From: Acidobacteriota bacterium
GTDB taxonomy: Bacteria > Acidobacteriota > UBA890 > WLXD01
Reading direction: 5' to 3'
Assembly: GCA_965205505.1 (NCBI GenBank)
Contig: CBDBHB010000009.1
Span: forward strand, 928,001 to 992,000
Length of the DNA: 64,000 nucleotides
This document shows, one piece after another, positions 1-10,039 of this stretch. Made by a program: the position numbers and the translations under genes. The first letter of the stretch is position 1. Each line of letters starts with the position of its first letter. The notes beneath the pieces were generated by a model that was given only the letters and a program-made list of their open reading frames with translations, searched no databases and was not told the DNA's origin.

Positions 1-157
1 TTCATCGATACACCCACGATTCGCGGGGTGTGAACGTAGCCGGCGCGCAACTTGGCAGGTGTTGCGACCGGCGCGGCGTGGCCCCCACACCACATCCGTT
101 CCAATAGCGTACTTTAGGCGCGGCCGCCGGACATGCCGGTAGCCGCGCCCGCACCCG

Positions 158-898
158 TCAGCTTGCCGCCCGGCGGAACTTGAGCAGCATACGATCCATC
201 GAAGAACGGCTGTCCCAATACGCCTGGGCAAAGTCGTCGCCGGGGTTGGCGAGTAGCTCGGAACGATCCACGAGCTCAAATCCGCGCGCCTCGATCTCGG
301 CGATGATCAGCGCCTCCGACACGCGGTGTGTATTACTGTCGATACCCTTGCCGGGCATACGTGAGTCGATCACGCCGAGCACGCCGCCGGGCTTCAGTGC
401 TCGCAGCAGCTCGGTAAAGATGGGGTCGGGCTGCATTCCGTACTGTTCGGCGATCTCGGGGATGAGCATGTCGTGGACGTTGCGGACGACGACACAGATA
501 TCAAGGCTCGCGTCGGGTACGTCAGCGAGGTTCTCGTGTATCTCGACGTTGTCGAGTCCGGCGGCGGCAAAACGCTCGGCGAGCCGCTTGGCGCCGTCAG
601 CGTTGGTGCCGACGCTATGAACGCGCCCGCTGGTGCCGACCATGTGGGCCAGAACGTGGCTGTTGTAACCGCCGCCGGGAATCAGGTCTGCCACCATGCT
701 CCCGGGTGCCACCCCGAGCCAAGCGAAGACCTCGAGAGGCTTACTGCCGGCGTCGCGTGCTCGGTCTTCGTCGGGCCGCGACGGGTCGCCCAGGGGGTCG
801 TGCTGAATCGCCGACACGGGTGCCACGATGATGGCCAGCGCCAGCCCTATCAACAAATAGGTGCTTCTTGCAGCAATGTTGCGAAGCGGGTAGAGCAT
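158..898 (-). CDS. Exported class I SAM-dependent methyltransferase
   Basis: Signal-like N-terminus; RPDEDRARD..KPLE start and VADLIPGGGY SAM-binding motif; ALKPGGVLGVID; start taken at ATG 898. Confidence 0.8.
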   Translation of the reverse strand: MLYPLRNIAARSTYLLIGLALAIIVAPVSAIQHDPLGDPSRPDEDRARDAGSKPLEVFAWLGVAPGSMVADLIPGGGYNSHVLAHMVGTSGRVHSVGTNADGAKRLAERFAAAGLDNVEIHENLADVPDASLDICVVVRNVHDMLIPEIAEQYGMQPDPIFTELLRALKPGGVLGVIDSRMPGKGIDSNTHRVSEALIIAEIEARGFELVDRSELLANPGDDFAQAYWDSRSSMDRMLLKFRRAAS

Positions 899-1699
899 CG
901 ATCGGTAACTCCAGGGGATGCGGGCGATCGGCACGCCGGCGCGACGCGCGACCGCGATGATGTTCTCTCTCTCGCTCGGCGCGCACAAGGGCGCGCCGAA
1001 TGGCTACTGGCGCAGCGACTGTAACGACTACGTTCGATCGCCGTGCCAGACGCATGGCAGCGCCGTCCTGGAGCTTGCCAGGGCTGCGCTACAGCTCACG
1101 CCTCCAGAATCGGAAGTCGCGCCGCTGCGCCACCCCTCTCCGCCGCCGCACGATCTGTGGGTATCGATATCAGTGTCGACCGGTTCCTCGATCGGGCGGA
1201 TCGAAAAAAAACCCGACAGTGTCAGCGTAGCGATACTCCACGCGCGCGCGGTTGTGCAGGTACACCGGGCCAACGGGTGTAGCAATGGCACCTCCCCCGA
1301 TACTGGTCATGCCGCTTGAGGCATGCCAACCCCCTGTTTACGACCCCGGCGCGATCCTAGACCCCTCGCGCACGTACTGAAAGCCTCTTGGCAAGAACTA
1401 TCCGCATTCTTTTCGGGACAAGAACCCCGCCCAGCGTTGTTCCGGAGGTCCGCTCAGGCGTCGGCGAGGAGCTCCCGCTTCCACGCGACGGATGCTAGCT
1501 GATAGTAATCGCTCGAAAACTGCGTCCACGATCCGAGCGCCCCAGGGACCGGGTATTCGGATTCCTCGCTGGCTGATCATCGGGCGCGTCGAGCCGGTTC
1601 ACAGGTGCTCGCCGCGGGCCGAGTATGATACGGCACGCACCGCTGCCACGAGCCATGGATAGCGATCGGCCCGCTTCTCAGGACACCGAAGGCAGAACA

Positions 1700-2641
1700 A
1701 TGAAGGTCCCCGTGGAGCCGGCTATCGTGCCCCAGCAGCCACCGCCGGCAACGGACGGAAATTCGGCGCTGGCGATCGGCTGCGCCATCTTCGCTGTGGC
1801 CATCTTCGCTATCCAGGATGCGATCATCAAGCTGCTGGTGGCCGACTATCCGATCATGCAGATCCTCGGCCTACGCAGCCTGGTGATGCTGATTCCGGCC
1901 GCGATCCTGCTGCGCGCCGAAGGTGGGCTGCGATGTCTCCGCACCCATCGGGCACGAGAGCAAGCGCTCCGTTGCTTCTTGACCCTCTTGACCTGGATTA
2001 CCTTCTACTTCGCCATCGCCAGTCTGCCACTGGGCGAGTTGGCGGCGATCGTCTTCTCGGCGCCGTTGATGATCACGGCGCTGTCAGGACCGCTGCTCGG
2101 GGAGCACGTCGGCGCGCATCGTTGGACAGCCCTGCTGATCGGTTTTCTGGGCGTGCTGCTGATCGTACGGCCGACCGGCGATGCTGCCGTCGACTGGGCG
2201 GGGGTTGCGGCGCTCGCCTCGAGCTTTTTCTACGCGCTTGCGATGATCCAGACGCGCCGGTTGACGCGTACGGATTCCGCCGCCGGGATGCTGGTGTATA
2301 GCGCCGTCTTCATGACGCTGGTGTCGATCGTCACCTGGCCTTTCCAATGGGTCACTCCCGGAAGATTCGACTTCCTCCTGCTGGTGACACTCGGCCTGCT
2401 CGGCGGCTTCTCCCACTACGCGATGATCCAGGCGTATCGTCTGGCACCGGTTTACGTGGTGGCGCCATTCGACTACACACACCTGGTGTGGGCGATGGCA
2501 CTTGGCTACCTTATCTGGGCCGAAGTCCCGAGCGTCGGGATGCTGGTCGGCGCGACGGTGATCGTCTGCAGCGGCCTCTACGTGCTGGCGCGCGAGGCTC
2601 GCCTCAAGCGTCGCCGCGTACGGCTGAAGGCGGCGGGCTGA
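1700..2641 (+). CDS. DMT/EamA family transporter
   Basis: About 10 hydrophobic segments, two EamA repeats (LLGEHVG..RW, IWAEVP). Confidence 0.9.
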   Translation: MKVPVEPAIVPQQPPPATDGNSALAIGCAIFAVAIFAIQDAIIKLLVADYPIMQILGLRSLVMLIPAAILLRAEGGLRCLRTHRAREQALRCFLTLLTWITFYFAIASLPLGELAAIVFSAPLMITALSGPLLGEHVGAHRWTALLIGFLGVLLIVRPTGDAAVDWAGVAALASSFFYALAMIQTRRLTRTDSAAGMLVYSAVFMTLVSIVTWPFQWVTPGRFDFLLLVTLGLLGGFSHYAMIQAYRLAPVYVVAPFDYTHLVWAMALGYLIWAEVPSVGMLVGATVIVCSGLYVLAREARLKRRRVRLKAAG

Positions 2642-2697
2642 GGGCGAGTGGGCTCGACGCCGACGCCTACCTTCGGGAGATGGCAGAATCCGCCGCC

Positions 2698-3234
2698 GTG
2701 AGCATTACGGCGAAGATAGGTATCGTGACGGTCTCGGATCGAGCAAGCCGCGGCGAGTACGAGGATCGCGGCGGGCCGGCCATCCGCAGGTATCTAAGCG
2801 AGCTCCTTACCTCGGAATGGGAGCCGGTAGCGCGCGTGATTCCCGATGAGCGGATGGAGATCGAGAACACGCTGCGCGATCTCTGCGACAACGAGGGGTG
2901 CTGCCTGGTGGTTACCACCGGTGGAACCGGGCCTGCGGCGCGCGACATCACCCCCGAGGCCACCGAGGCGGTGAGCGTCAAGCTCATGCCGGGCTTCGGC
3001 GAGCTCATGCGCACGGTGTCGCTGCGCGTTGTTCCTACGGCGATCCTGTCGCGCCAGACCGCCGGCATCCGGGGAAGCAGCTTGATCCTGAACCTCCCCG
3101 GGCAGCCGAAGGCGATCGCCGAATGCCTAGATGCGGTGTTTCCGGCGATTCCGTACTGTGTTGATCTGATCGGTGGCCCGTACCTGACGACGGACGAGGC
3201 CAGGCTCGTTGCCTTCCGGCCCAAAAGTAAGTGA
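2698..3234 (+). CDS. mog: Molybdopterin adenylyltransferase
   Basis: IGIVTVSDRAS.G.YED, TTGGTGPAARDITPEAT, NLPGQP motifs; start GTG 2698 or ATG 2680. Confidence 0.93.
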   Translation: MSITAKIGIVTVSDRASRGEYEDRGGPAIRRYLSELLTSEWEPVARVIPDERMEIENTLRDLCDNEGCCLVVTTGGTGPAARDITPEATEAVSVKLMPGFGELMRTVSLRVVPTAILSRQTAGIRGSSLILNLPGQPKAIAECLDAVFPAIPYCVDLIGGPYLTTDEARLVAFRPKSK

Positions 3235-3278
3235 GTCATGCCGCCCGGCGTTGGGGCGCTGAGAACTAGGAGTACCTG

Positions 3279-4505
3279 ATGCAGCTGATACGCCCGTTCC
3301 GTGGCTTGCGATCGACGCCCGAGAGCGCCGGCCGCGTCGCCGCTCCGCCGTACGATGTGCTCGACAGCGAGGAGGCGCGACGCCTGGTTGGCGACAACGC
3401 CGATTCCTTCCTGCACGTGTCCAAGCCCGAGATCGACTTCCCGCCGGGCACCGATCCACACGCGCCCGAGGTCCACGCCCGCGGCCGGGCGAACCTCGAT
3501 CGGCTGGTCGACGAGGGTTTGCTCCGGCGCGATGGAGCCCCTTGTCTGTACGTTTACCGGATCGTCATGGGCGAACACACCCAGACCGGGGTGGTGGCCG
3601 CCGCCAGCATTGCCGCTTACCTCGATGGCCGCATCCGGTTGCACGAGCACACCAAGGACGACAAGGTCGACGATCGTGCCCGCAACGCGGATGCCCTCGA
3701 CGCACACACCGGCACGCTGTTTCTGACGCATCGCGCCGACTCGGAGGTCGATCGGCTGGTAGCCGACTGCCGGACGCAACCGCCGACCATCGATGTAACC
3801 GGCGAGGACGGCGTGCAGCATACCCTCTGGGTGGTTTCCGAGCCCGGGGCATTGGCGGCGGCGTTCAACGCCATGCCGGCGGTGTACATGGCCGACGGTC
3901 ACCACCGCTCGGCGGCGGCGGCCAAGCTGCACGAATGGCGCCAGGAGAGGCGTGCGGCGGGAGAAGAGGTCGGTGGCGCCGATTGGTTTCTGGCGGTGAT
4001 GTTTCCCGACGACCAGGTGCAGATCCTGCCGTACAATCGTGTCGTGTCGACGCTCGGCGGGCGCACCGCCGACGAGCTGATCGAAGCCCTCGGCGACGCG
4101 TTCACCGTGGAGCCTAGCGACGTTGCCGTGCAGCCGCCGCGCCCGGGAGTGTTCGGCCTTTATCTGGCGGCGCACTGGTACCGGCTCGAAATCGATCCCG
4201 CTCGGGTTCCCGAAGATCCGCTCGGTCGGCTCGACATCAACCTGCTTGGCGCCAATTGTCTTGGGCCGCTGCTCGGCATCGAGGATCAACGCATCGACGA
4301 CCGCATCGACTTTGTCGGCGGCATTCGCGGCCTCGAAGAGCTCGAGCGACATGTGGACAGCGGCGTGATGAAGGCCGCGTTCTCCCTCTACCCCACTCAG
4401 CTGGCCGACGTCCTGGCAGTCGCCGACGCCGGCGAGGTGATGCCGCCGAAGTCGACCTGGTTCGAGCCCAAGCTGCGCGACGGCTTGGTGGTGTTGCCGC
4501 TCTAG
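3279..4505 (+). CDS. DUF1015 family protein
   Basis: IRPFRG, PPYDV, ADGHHR, MPPKSTWFEPK motifs; SD AGGAG upstream. Confidence 0.9.
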   Translation: MQLIRPFRGLRSTPESAGRVAAPPYDVLDSEEARRLVGDNADSFLHVSKPEIDFPPGTDPHAPEVHARGRANLDRLVDEGLLRRDGAPCLYVYRIVMGEHTQTGVVAAASIAAYLDGRIRLHEHTKDDKVDDRARNADALDAHTGTLFLTHRADSEVDRLVADCRTQPPTIDVTGEDGVQHTLWVVSEPGALAAAFNAMPAVYMADGHHRSAAAAKLHEWRQERRAAGEEVGGADWFLAVMFPDDQVQILPYNRVVSTLGGRTADELIEALGDAFTVEPSDVAVQPPRPGVFGLYLAAHWYRLEIDPARVPEDPLGRLDINLLGANCLGPLLGIEDQRIDDRIDFVGGIRGLEELERHVDSGVMKAAFSLYPTQLADVLAVADAGEVMPPKSTWFEPKLRDGLVVLPL

Positions 4506-4525
4506 CACCCTGATAGGTCCCGAGC

Positions 4526-4780
4526 GTGTTGGCGCGTTACTCGATCGACTCCACTGTGCCTACTGCCGACGTGGCTGCCTTGCACCGAGCCCTTCGGTGC
4601 GCCGGCTGGCAGGAGACCGCAGGAGACGATTGGGACTTCTATTGGGCTGGCGGGCCGCCCGACGCTGACTTCTACCGTTCGCTGCCAAAGTGGTTGGGGA
4701 GCTCGAACAACAACACGTTTTCCAGGCTCGGTAGGGCGCCCGCGGTCTGTGGGTTGCGCACCCGACGTGAGCTCGCTTGA
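4526..4780 (+). pseudogene. Possible truncated N-terminal fragment of a tubulin-tyrosine-ligase-like protein
   Basis: ALRCAGWQETAGDDWDFYW..PPDADFYRSL resembles the TTL N-terminal domain; no ATP-grasp domain follows. Confidence 0.4.
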
Positions 4781-4815
4781 TCGCGCCGTCGTTGCGCCAG
4801 TACGCTGCCGTCGAG

Positions 4816-5406
4816 ATGAGTATGGAACCAGTGGAGGAGGACGACCATCGGGTGACCGAGCTGTTGCTCGGCTGGAGCGAGGGGGACGACGAGTCGCGCG
4901 AGCGCCTGATGGACATTGTCTATCAGGCGCTGCGACGCATCGCCGGCGCCCAGCTGCGTGGTGAGCGTAGCGGGCACACGCTGCAGGCTACGGCACTGGT
5001 CAACGAGGCCTACCTGCGCCTCGTTGATCAGAATCGTGTTCAGTGGAAGAATCGCGCCCATTTCTTCGGCATTGCCGCGCGGCTCATGCGGCGAATCCTG
5101 GTGGATCATGCGCGCCGTCAGCGAGCCGAGAAGCGCGGCGGCGGCGCGACGGTCCTGGTAATCAACGAGGACGTCGTTGCTGGACCCGAGCGCGACTTCG
5201 ACCTCGTGGCTCTGGACGACGCTCTCGAAAAACTACAATCGTTCGATGCTCGGGCCGCTCACCTCGTTGAGTTGCGTTTTTTCGGCGGCCTTACCATCGA
5301 GGAGACCAGCGAGGTGATGGAGCTCTCGCCGGCGACCATCAAGCGCGAGTGGAGCACTGCCCGTGCTTGGCTGCATCACGAGATCGTATCCGGGGAAGCC
5401 GAGTGA
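4816..5406 (+). CDS. ECF sigma-70 factor (TIGR02999/ECF43-like, kinase-associated)
   Basis: GHTLQATALVNEAYLRL, RAHFFGIAARLMRRILVD, VELRFFGGLTIEE; stop overlaps kinase start (GTGA). Confidence 0.92.
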   Translation: MSMEPVEEDDHRVTELLLGWSEGDDESRERLMDIVYQALRRIAGAQLRGERSGHTLQATALVNEAYLRLVDQNRVQWKNRAHFFGIAARLMRRILVDHARRQRAEKRGGGATVLVINEDVVAGPERDFDLVALDDALEKLQSFDARAAHLVELRFFGGLTIEETSEVMELSPATIKREWSTARAWLHHEIVSGEAE

Positions 5407-8029
5407 ACCCAGAGCGTTGGCGACGCGTGAAGGAGCTCTTCCAACAGACCCTCGAGATGCCTGCCGGCGAGCCTGCCGCGTTCATCGAGGCCGCCTCCGC
5501 CGCCGACGAGCGATTGCGACAGGAGGTTCACACGCTGCTGTCGTCACACGATGCAGCGACCGACTTCCTGAACAATCCACCGGAGGCGGCTGCGGCCGCG
5601 GTCACCGAGTTGCATGATCGCGCCTCGCGCGTCGGAGACCGCATCGGCCCCTACAAGGTGCTCCGCCGTATCGGGCGAGGCGGTACCGGTAGCGTCTACC
5701 TCGCAGTGCGCGACGACGACGAGTTCCAACGGCGCGTCGCCATCAAGCTCGTGCGGCGCGGCATGGCGACTACCGACATCCTGCGGCGCTTCCGCAGCGA
5801 GCGTCAGATCCTCGCTAGCATCGACCACCCCTACATCGCGCGCCTGCTCGACGGTGGCTCGACCGACGACGGTGTTCCCTACTTCGTCATGGAGTACATC
5901 GAGGGCGAGCCGATCAACGTCTACTGCGACCGCAACCAGCTGTCGATCGAGGATCGCCTGACGCTTTTTTGCCAGGTGTGCTCGGCCGTCCAGGTTGCGC
6001 ACCAGAACTTGGTGGTGCATCGGGACATCAAGCCGGGGAATATCCTGGTATCGGCAGAAGGGGTTCCCAAGCTGCTCGACTTCGGGATTGCCAAGCTGCT
6101 CAACCCAGAGCTATCGGCCGCTGTCGATGACCCGACGATGCTCGAGCTACGTGTGATGACGCCAGAGTACGCTAGTCCCGAGCAGATACGCGGCGGTGCC
6201 ATCACCACCGCCAGCGACGTGTACTCCCTCGGCATCTTGCTATACGAGCTGCTTAGTGGTCGACGACCGTATCAACTAGACAACCTGCCGATGCCGGACA
6301 TGGAGTTGGTGGTTTGCACCACCCAACCCTCGCGTCCGAGTGACGCTGTATTGCAGGCGGATGTGGCGCTGCGGCTAGAGGGATCTGTGCCACGGATCAA
6401 TGCTGCGGCCGTGGCAGAGGCGCGTGGCGAGGCGCCGGAGCGGCTGCGGCGGGCGCTTGTCGGTGATCTCGACAACATCGTGCTCATGGCCCTGCGCAAG
6501 GAGCCCAACCGACGTTACTCCTCGGTCGAACACTTCGCTGACGACATTCTGCGTCATCTGAAGGGGCTGCCGGTGACGGCCCGAACCGACACGCTCCGCT
6601 ATCGTGTCGGAAAGTTCGTCGGGCGCCATCGCCTGGCAGTCGCAATGGGAATCACGACGGTCTTGTTCGGACTGGCGCTGGCGACGACGATCGTGGTGCA
6701 GGCCGGTCAGGTGGCTGTTGAGCGGGACCGTGCCCAACGGGCGGCGGAGCGCGCCACGGCGGTGAGCGATTTTCTACAAGAGATCATGGCGTCAGCCGAC
6801 CCGATCGAAGGAATGGGTCGCGACGTGACGGTGATCGAATCCGTCGAGGCGGCGGTTCCAAGGATCGGCAGCACGTTCGCCGATCAGCCCGACCTTCAAG
6901 CGGCGGTGCGCCACACGATCGGCACGACGTTCTTTCGACTAGGGCGGCTCGAAGAGGCCGAAGAGCAGCTGCGATTGGCATTGGCGATCCGGAGGGAGGT
7001 AAACGGCCCGGCGAGTCTCGACATCGCCGCCACGCTCAACAGCTTGGGTGAGGTGCTCTACGACCGCGGTGATCCTTGAAGGCCCCGAGCAACTGTTCCG
7101 TGAGGCGCTGGAGATGCGTGAGGCGCTACTTGGCCGGGAGCATGCCGACGTCGCCTGGGTACTAGACAACGTTGCCAACACCGCTCACGATCGCGGCGAC
7201 CTCGACCGGGCCGAGAGCATGTACCGCGAGGTCCTGCAGATTCGACGTCTGGTGTTGAGCCCGGAACACGAGGACATTGCATCCAGCCTCAACAACCTGG
7301 CGTCGATTCATCACGACCGTGACGAGCTCGACGACGCCGAGCGCCTCTACCGCGAGTCGCTGTCGCTGTCGAGGGCGGCCCTCGGTAGCGAGCACCCCGA
7401 CGTTGCGATCTCGCTGACCAACCTGGCGGTGCTGCTGCTCGACCACGAGCGATCGGTGGAGGCTGAGCCCCTGCTGCGCGAGGCGCTCGCCGTGAACCGC
7501 AAGCTGCTGGGCGACGCCCACCCCGGGGTGGTCAACTCGATCGAGAACCTCGCCGGCCTACTTGACGAACGCGGTGTGATCGATGAAGCGCAGGAGTTAT
7601 TCCTCGAATCCTTAGCGAATGGCGCGACAGATCTGGGGCGATCACCTCAACGTGGTGGACACGCTCGCCAGCCTCGGCTATCTGGAGCTGAGGAACGACC
7701 AGCCGGCAACCGCCGAGCCGTACTTCGTCGAGGCCTTGCAGCTGGCACGACGCGTCGTTGACGCGGACAGCCCTCTTCTGATCTGGCTCAACGCCGGCTA
7801 CGGATCCTGCCTGTTGAAGCTTGGGCGTTACGAACAGTCGGAGCGCGCTTTGCTCGAAGTACTTGCGATGGAGCAGGCGCGGACGGAGCCCGACGTTGCT
7901 CAGCTGGCTGAGGTCGCCGCCGAGTTGGTGGCGCTGTACGAGGTCTGGGGACGGGCCGACGATGCCGACGCCCACCGTAGTCTGGCGCAGGGTGCGACGC
8001 TTGACACCGTAGACGCGGGCCGCTCGTAG
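5403..8029 (+). CDS. Ser/Thr protein kinase with TM helix and C-terminal TPR repeats; two +1 frameshifts (~7075, ~7619)
   Basis: GRGGTG, VAIK, HRDIKPGN, DFG, YASPE intact; TPR repeats continue in ORFs 7048-7761 and 7619-8029 in successive frames. Confidence 0.88.
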
Positions 8030-8069
8030 TTCGCGCAGTCGGCCTGAACGAGCAACACCATGCACCGGC

Positions 8070-8855
8070 CTATCGACCCTTCCAGTCGGGTCGGCGTTTT
8101 TCCACGAACGCCCGCACACCTTCACCGGCGTCTTCGGAGGTGACGGCGGCGACCACCGCGGGGAGGCGCTGGGTGGCGGCCTCGCTGATGCTCAGGTGAG
8201 CCGTTTGCCGCACCGTCTGTTTGATCGCCCGAGTCGCCAGCGGCGCGCAGGCGAGGATGTCGGCGACCCAGCGATCCACTGCTTCGTCAAGCTGCGCTCG
8301 GGCGACGACCTCGTTGACCAGGCCGAGGCGCTCGGCCTCGACAGCATCGATGCGGCGTCCGGTGAGCAGGAGGCCCATGGCGGCTTTCTCGTGGATCTTG
8401 CGACTCAGCAGCGTCATTCCGCCGTCCAGGGGCAGCCGTCCAACACGCGGCTCGGGGAACCCGAACTGGGCGTCGTCGCACGCCACGGCGACATCACATC
8501 CGAGCAGCATCTCCAGCCCGCCGCCGAGCGCGTAGCCGTTCACCCGAGCCACAACGGGAGTGATCAGCCGGCCGTTCATCGCCAGGCCGGCAAAGCCACC
8601 GGGGCGAGCGCTCGACAAGTACTCCAGCCCCGTGACCTCGTCGCCCTCAGCGGCGCTCTTGAGGTCGGCGCCGACGCAGAACGCACGATCACCGGCTCCG
8701 GTCACGACGATGACCCGGACGTCTCGATTGTTCTCGAGCTCGTCCCACAGGGCCCGCAACTCTCGCTCGGTCGCCTGGTCGATGGCGTTGAGCACCTCGG
8801 GACGATCGATGGTCACGCGCGCCACGTGGTCTGCTACCTGCAGCTGAACGCTCAC
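8070..8855 (-). CDS. Enoyl-CoA hydratase/crotonase (CaiD-like)
   Basis: AFCVGADLK, VNGYALGGGLE, FGFPE, EGVRAFVEKR motifs. Confidence 0.92.
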   Translation of the reverse strand: MSVQLQVADHVARVTIDRPEVLNAIDQATERELRALWDELENNRDVRVIVVTGAGDRAFCVGADLKSAAEGDEVTGLEYLSSARPGGFAGLAMNGRLITPVVARVNGYALGGGLEMLLGCDVAVACDDAQFGFPEPRVGRLPLDGGMTLLSRKIHEKAAMGLLLTGRRIDAVEAERLGLVNEVVARAQLDEAVDRWVADILACAPLATRAIKQTVRQTAHLSISEAATQRLPAVVAAVTSEDAGEGVRAFVEKRRPDWKGR

Positions 8856-10039
8856 GCTACGACACCGCGCGAGCGCAACGCAGCAATAGCCTCGGCATCG
8901 TAGCCGAGCTCATCGAGGATCGCGTCCGAGTGCTCGCCGAGTCGCGGTGGTGCTTCGGCACATCGTGTGCGCGTCCCGCCCATGACGATGGGGGTGGCCA
9001 CGGTGCGCAGACTCGACCCGCTCGGATGCGTCAGTGCCAGCACCATGTCATTGATAGCCGTTTGCTCGTCGGCCAGAGCCTCACCCAGCGATCGAACCGG
9101 AGCGCAAAGCAGATCCTGTGTCTCCAACGCCTCGATCCAATAGGTGGTGCCATGTTGCGAGAATCTTTCGCGGAAGATCGTTTGTAGCTCGCTGCGGTTC
9201 TTGACCATCTGGCTCATCGAGTCGAAGCGTGAATCTTGGGACAAATCTTCGATGCCAAGTGCCGCCGAGATGTCTCGTAGCGGGTGACGCTTGAAAGCGC
9301 CGACCATCACCAGTGCCCCGTCGGTGGTCGGGAACACGCCGGACAGTGGCATGGCGCCCCAGTTCAGATCGTGCTCGCGCATCAGCCACATCGACGCCTC
9401 CTGCATCTGCATGGCCAGCATCGCGTCGTAGAGCGAAACTTCGACCTCCTGACCCTTCCCGCTTTGCTGCCGTTCCAGCAGCGCCAGAAGAATCGCCTGC
9501 ACCAAATGCATGCCGGCAGCGTAGTCAGCCAGAGTGGTTGGGTACACGCTGAGCGGCTCATCAGGGTTCGACTTCCTGGCCATGACGCCGGAGACCGCCT
9601 GCGCGAGGATGTCCTGCCCGCCTTTGTGGGCGTTGGGACCGCTGCGCCCGAAGCCTGTGCCGACGGCGTAGATGATGCGGGGATTGATCTCCGCCAGACG
9701 CTTGTAGCTCAGGCCCATGCGCTCCATCACGCCGGCGCGAAAGTTGTTGGCGACGATGTCGGCGTGGCGCAACAGCTCGATCAGGATCTCGCGACCCTCG
9801 GCGGATTTCAGATCGAGTGCCAGGCTGCGCTTGTTGCGGTTGAGGCTCCCAAACACCGGGTTGTCGGGTCCATCGGGGTCGTCGGGTAGCGCCCACCGCA
9901 TGAGGTCGCCGCTGCCCGGTCGCTCGATCTTGATCACGTCGGCGCCGTAGTCGCCCAGAACCTGCGTTCCACAAGGGCCGAGCATCACCTGGGTCATGTC
10001 GACCACCCGGATGCCGCTCAAGGGAAGCGTGCTGCTCAA
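8852..10039 (-). CDS. CaiB/BaiF family III CoA-transferase
   Basis: PLSGIRVVD, GADVIKIE, NRNKRS, NNFRAG; TTG start overlaps upstream TGA. Confidence 0.92.
   Translation of the reverse strand: MSSTLPLSGIRVVDMTQVMLGPCGTQVLGDYGADVIKIERPGSGDLMRWALPDDPDGPDNPVFGSLNRNKRSLALDLKSAEGREILIELLRHADIVANNFRAGVMERMGLSYKRLAEINPRIIYAVGTGFGRSGPNAHKGGQDILAQAVSGVMARKSNPDEPLSVYPTTLADYAAGMHLVQAILLALLERQQSGKGQEVEVSLYDAMLAMQMQEASMWLMREHDLNWGAMPLSGVFPTTDGALVMVGAFKRHPLRDISAALGIEDLSQDSRFDSMSQMVKNRSELQTIFRERFSQHGTTYWIEALETQDLLCAPVRSLGEALADEQTAINDMVLALTHPSGSSLRTVATPIVMGGTRTRCAEAPPRLGEHSDAILDELGYDAEAIAALRSRGVVA

Noticed and set aside
1-157. Possible start of a minus-strand gene at position 5
   Set aside because: Only the first codon is visible; cannot be supported
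1398-1500. Possible degenerate fifth MITE/core (cagcgttgttcc..., ends near gctag)
   Set aside because: No convincing TIR pair, and the GA-N-GA loop motifs are missing
2667-4508. 613-aa minus-strand ORF and many other long antisense ORFs (e.g. 14822-16303, 18563-20020, 34120-35433, 50986-52218, 60555-61970)
   Set aside because: They mirror well-supported genes on the opposite strand and have no motifs; they are expected shadows of high-GC codon usage
7077-7079. TGA in the kinase gene as selenocysteine or readthrough
   Set aside because: The continuation is in a different frame, so this is a frameshift, not recoding
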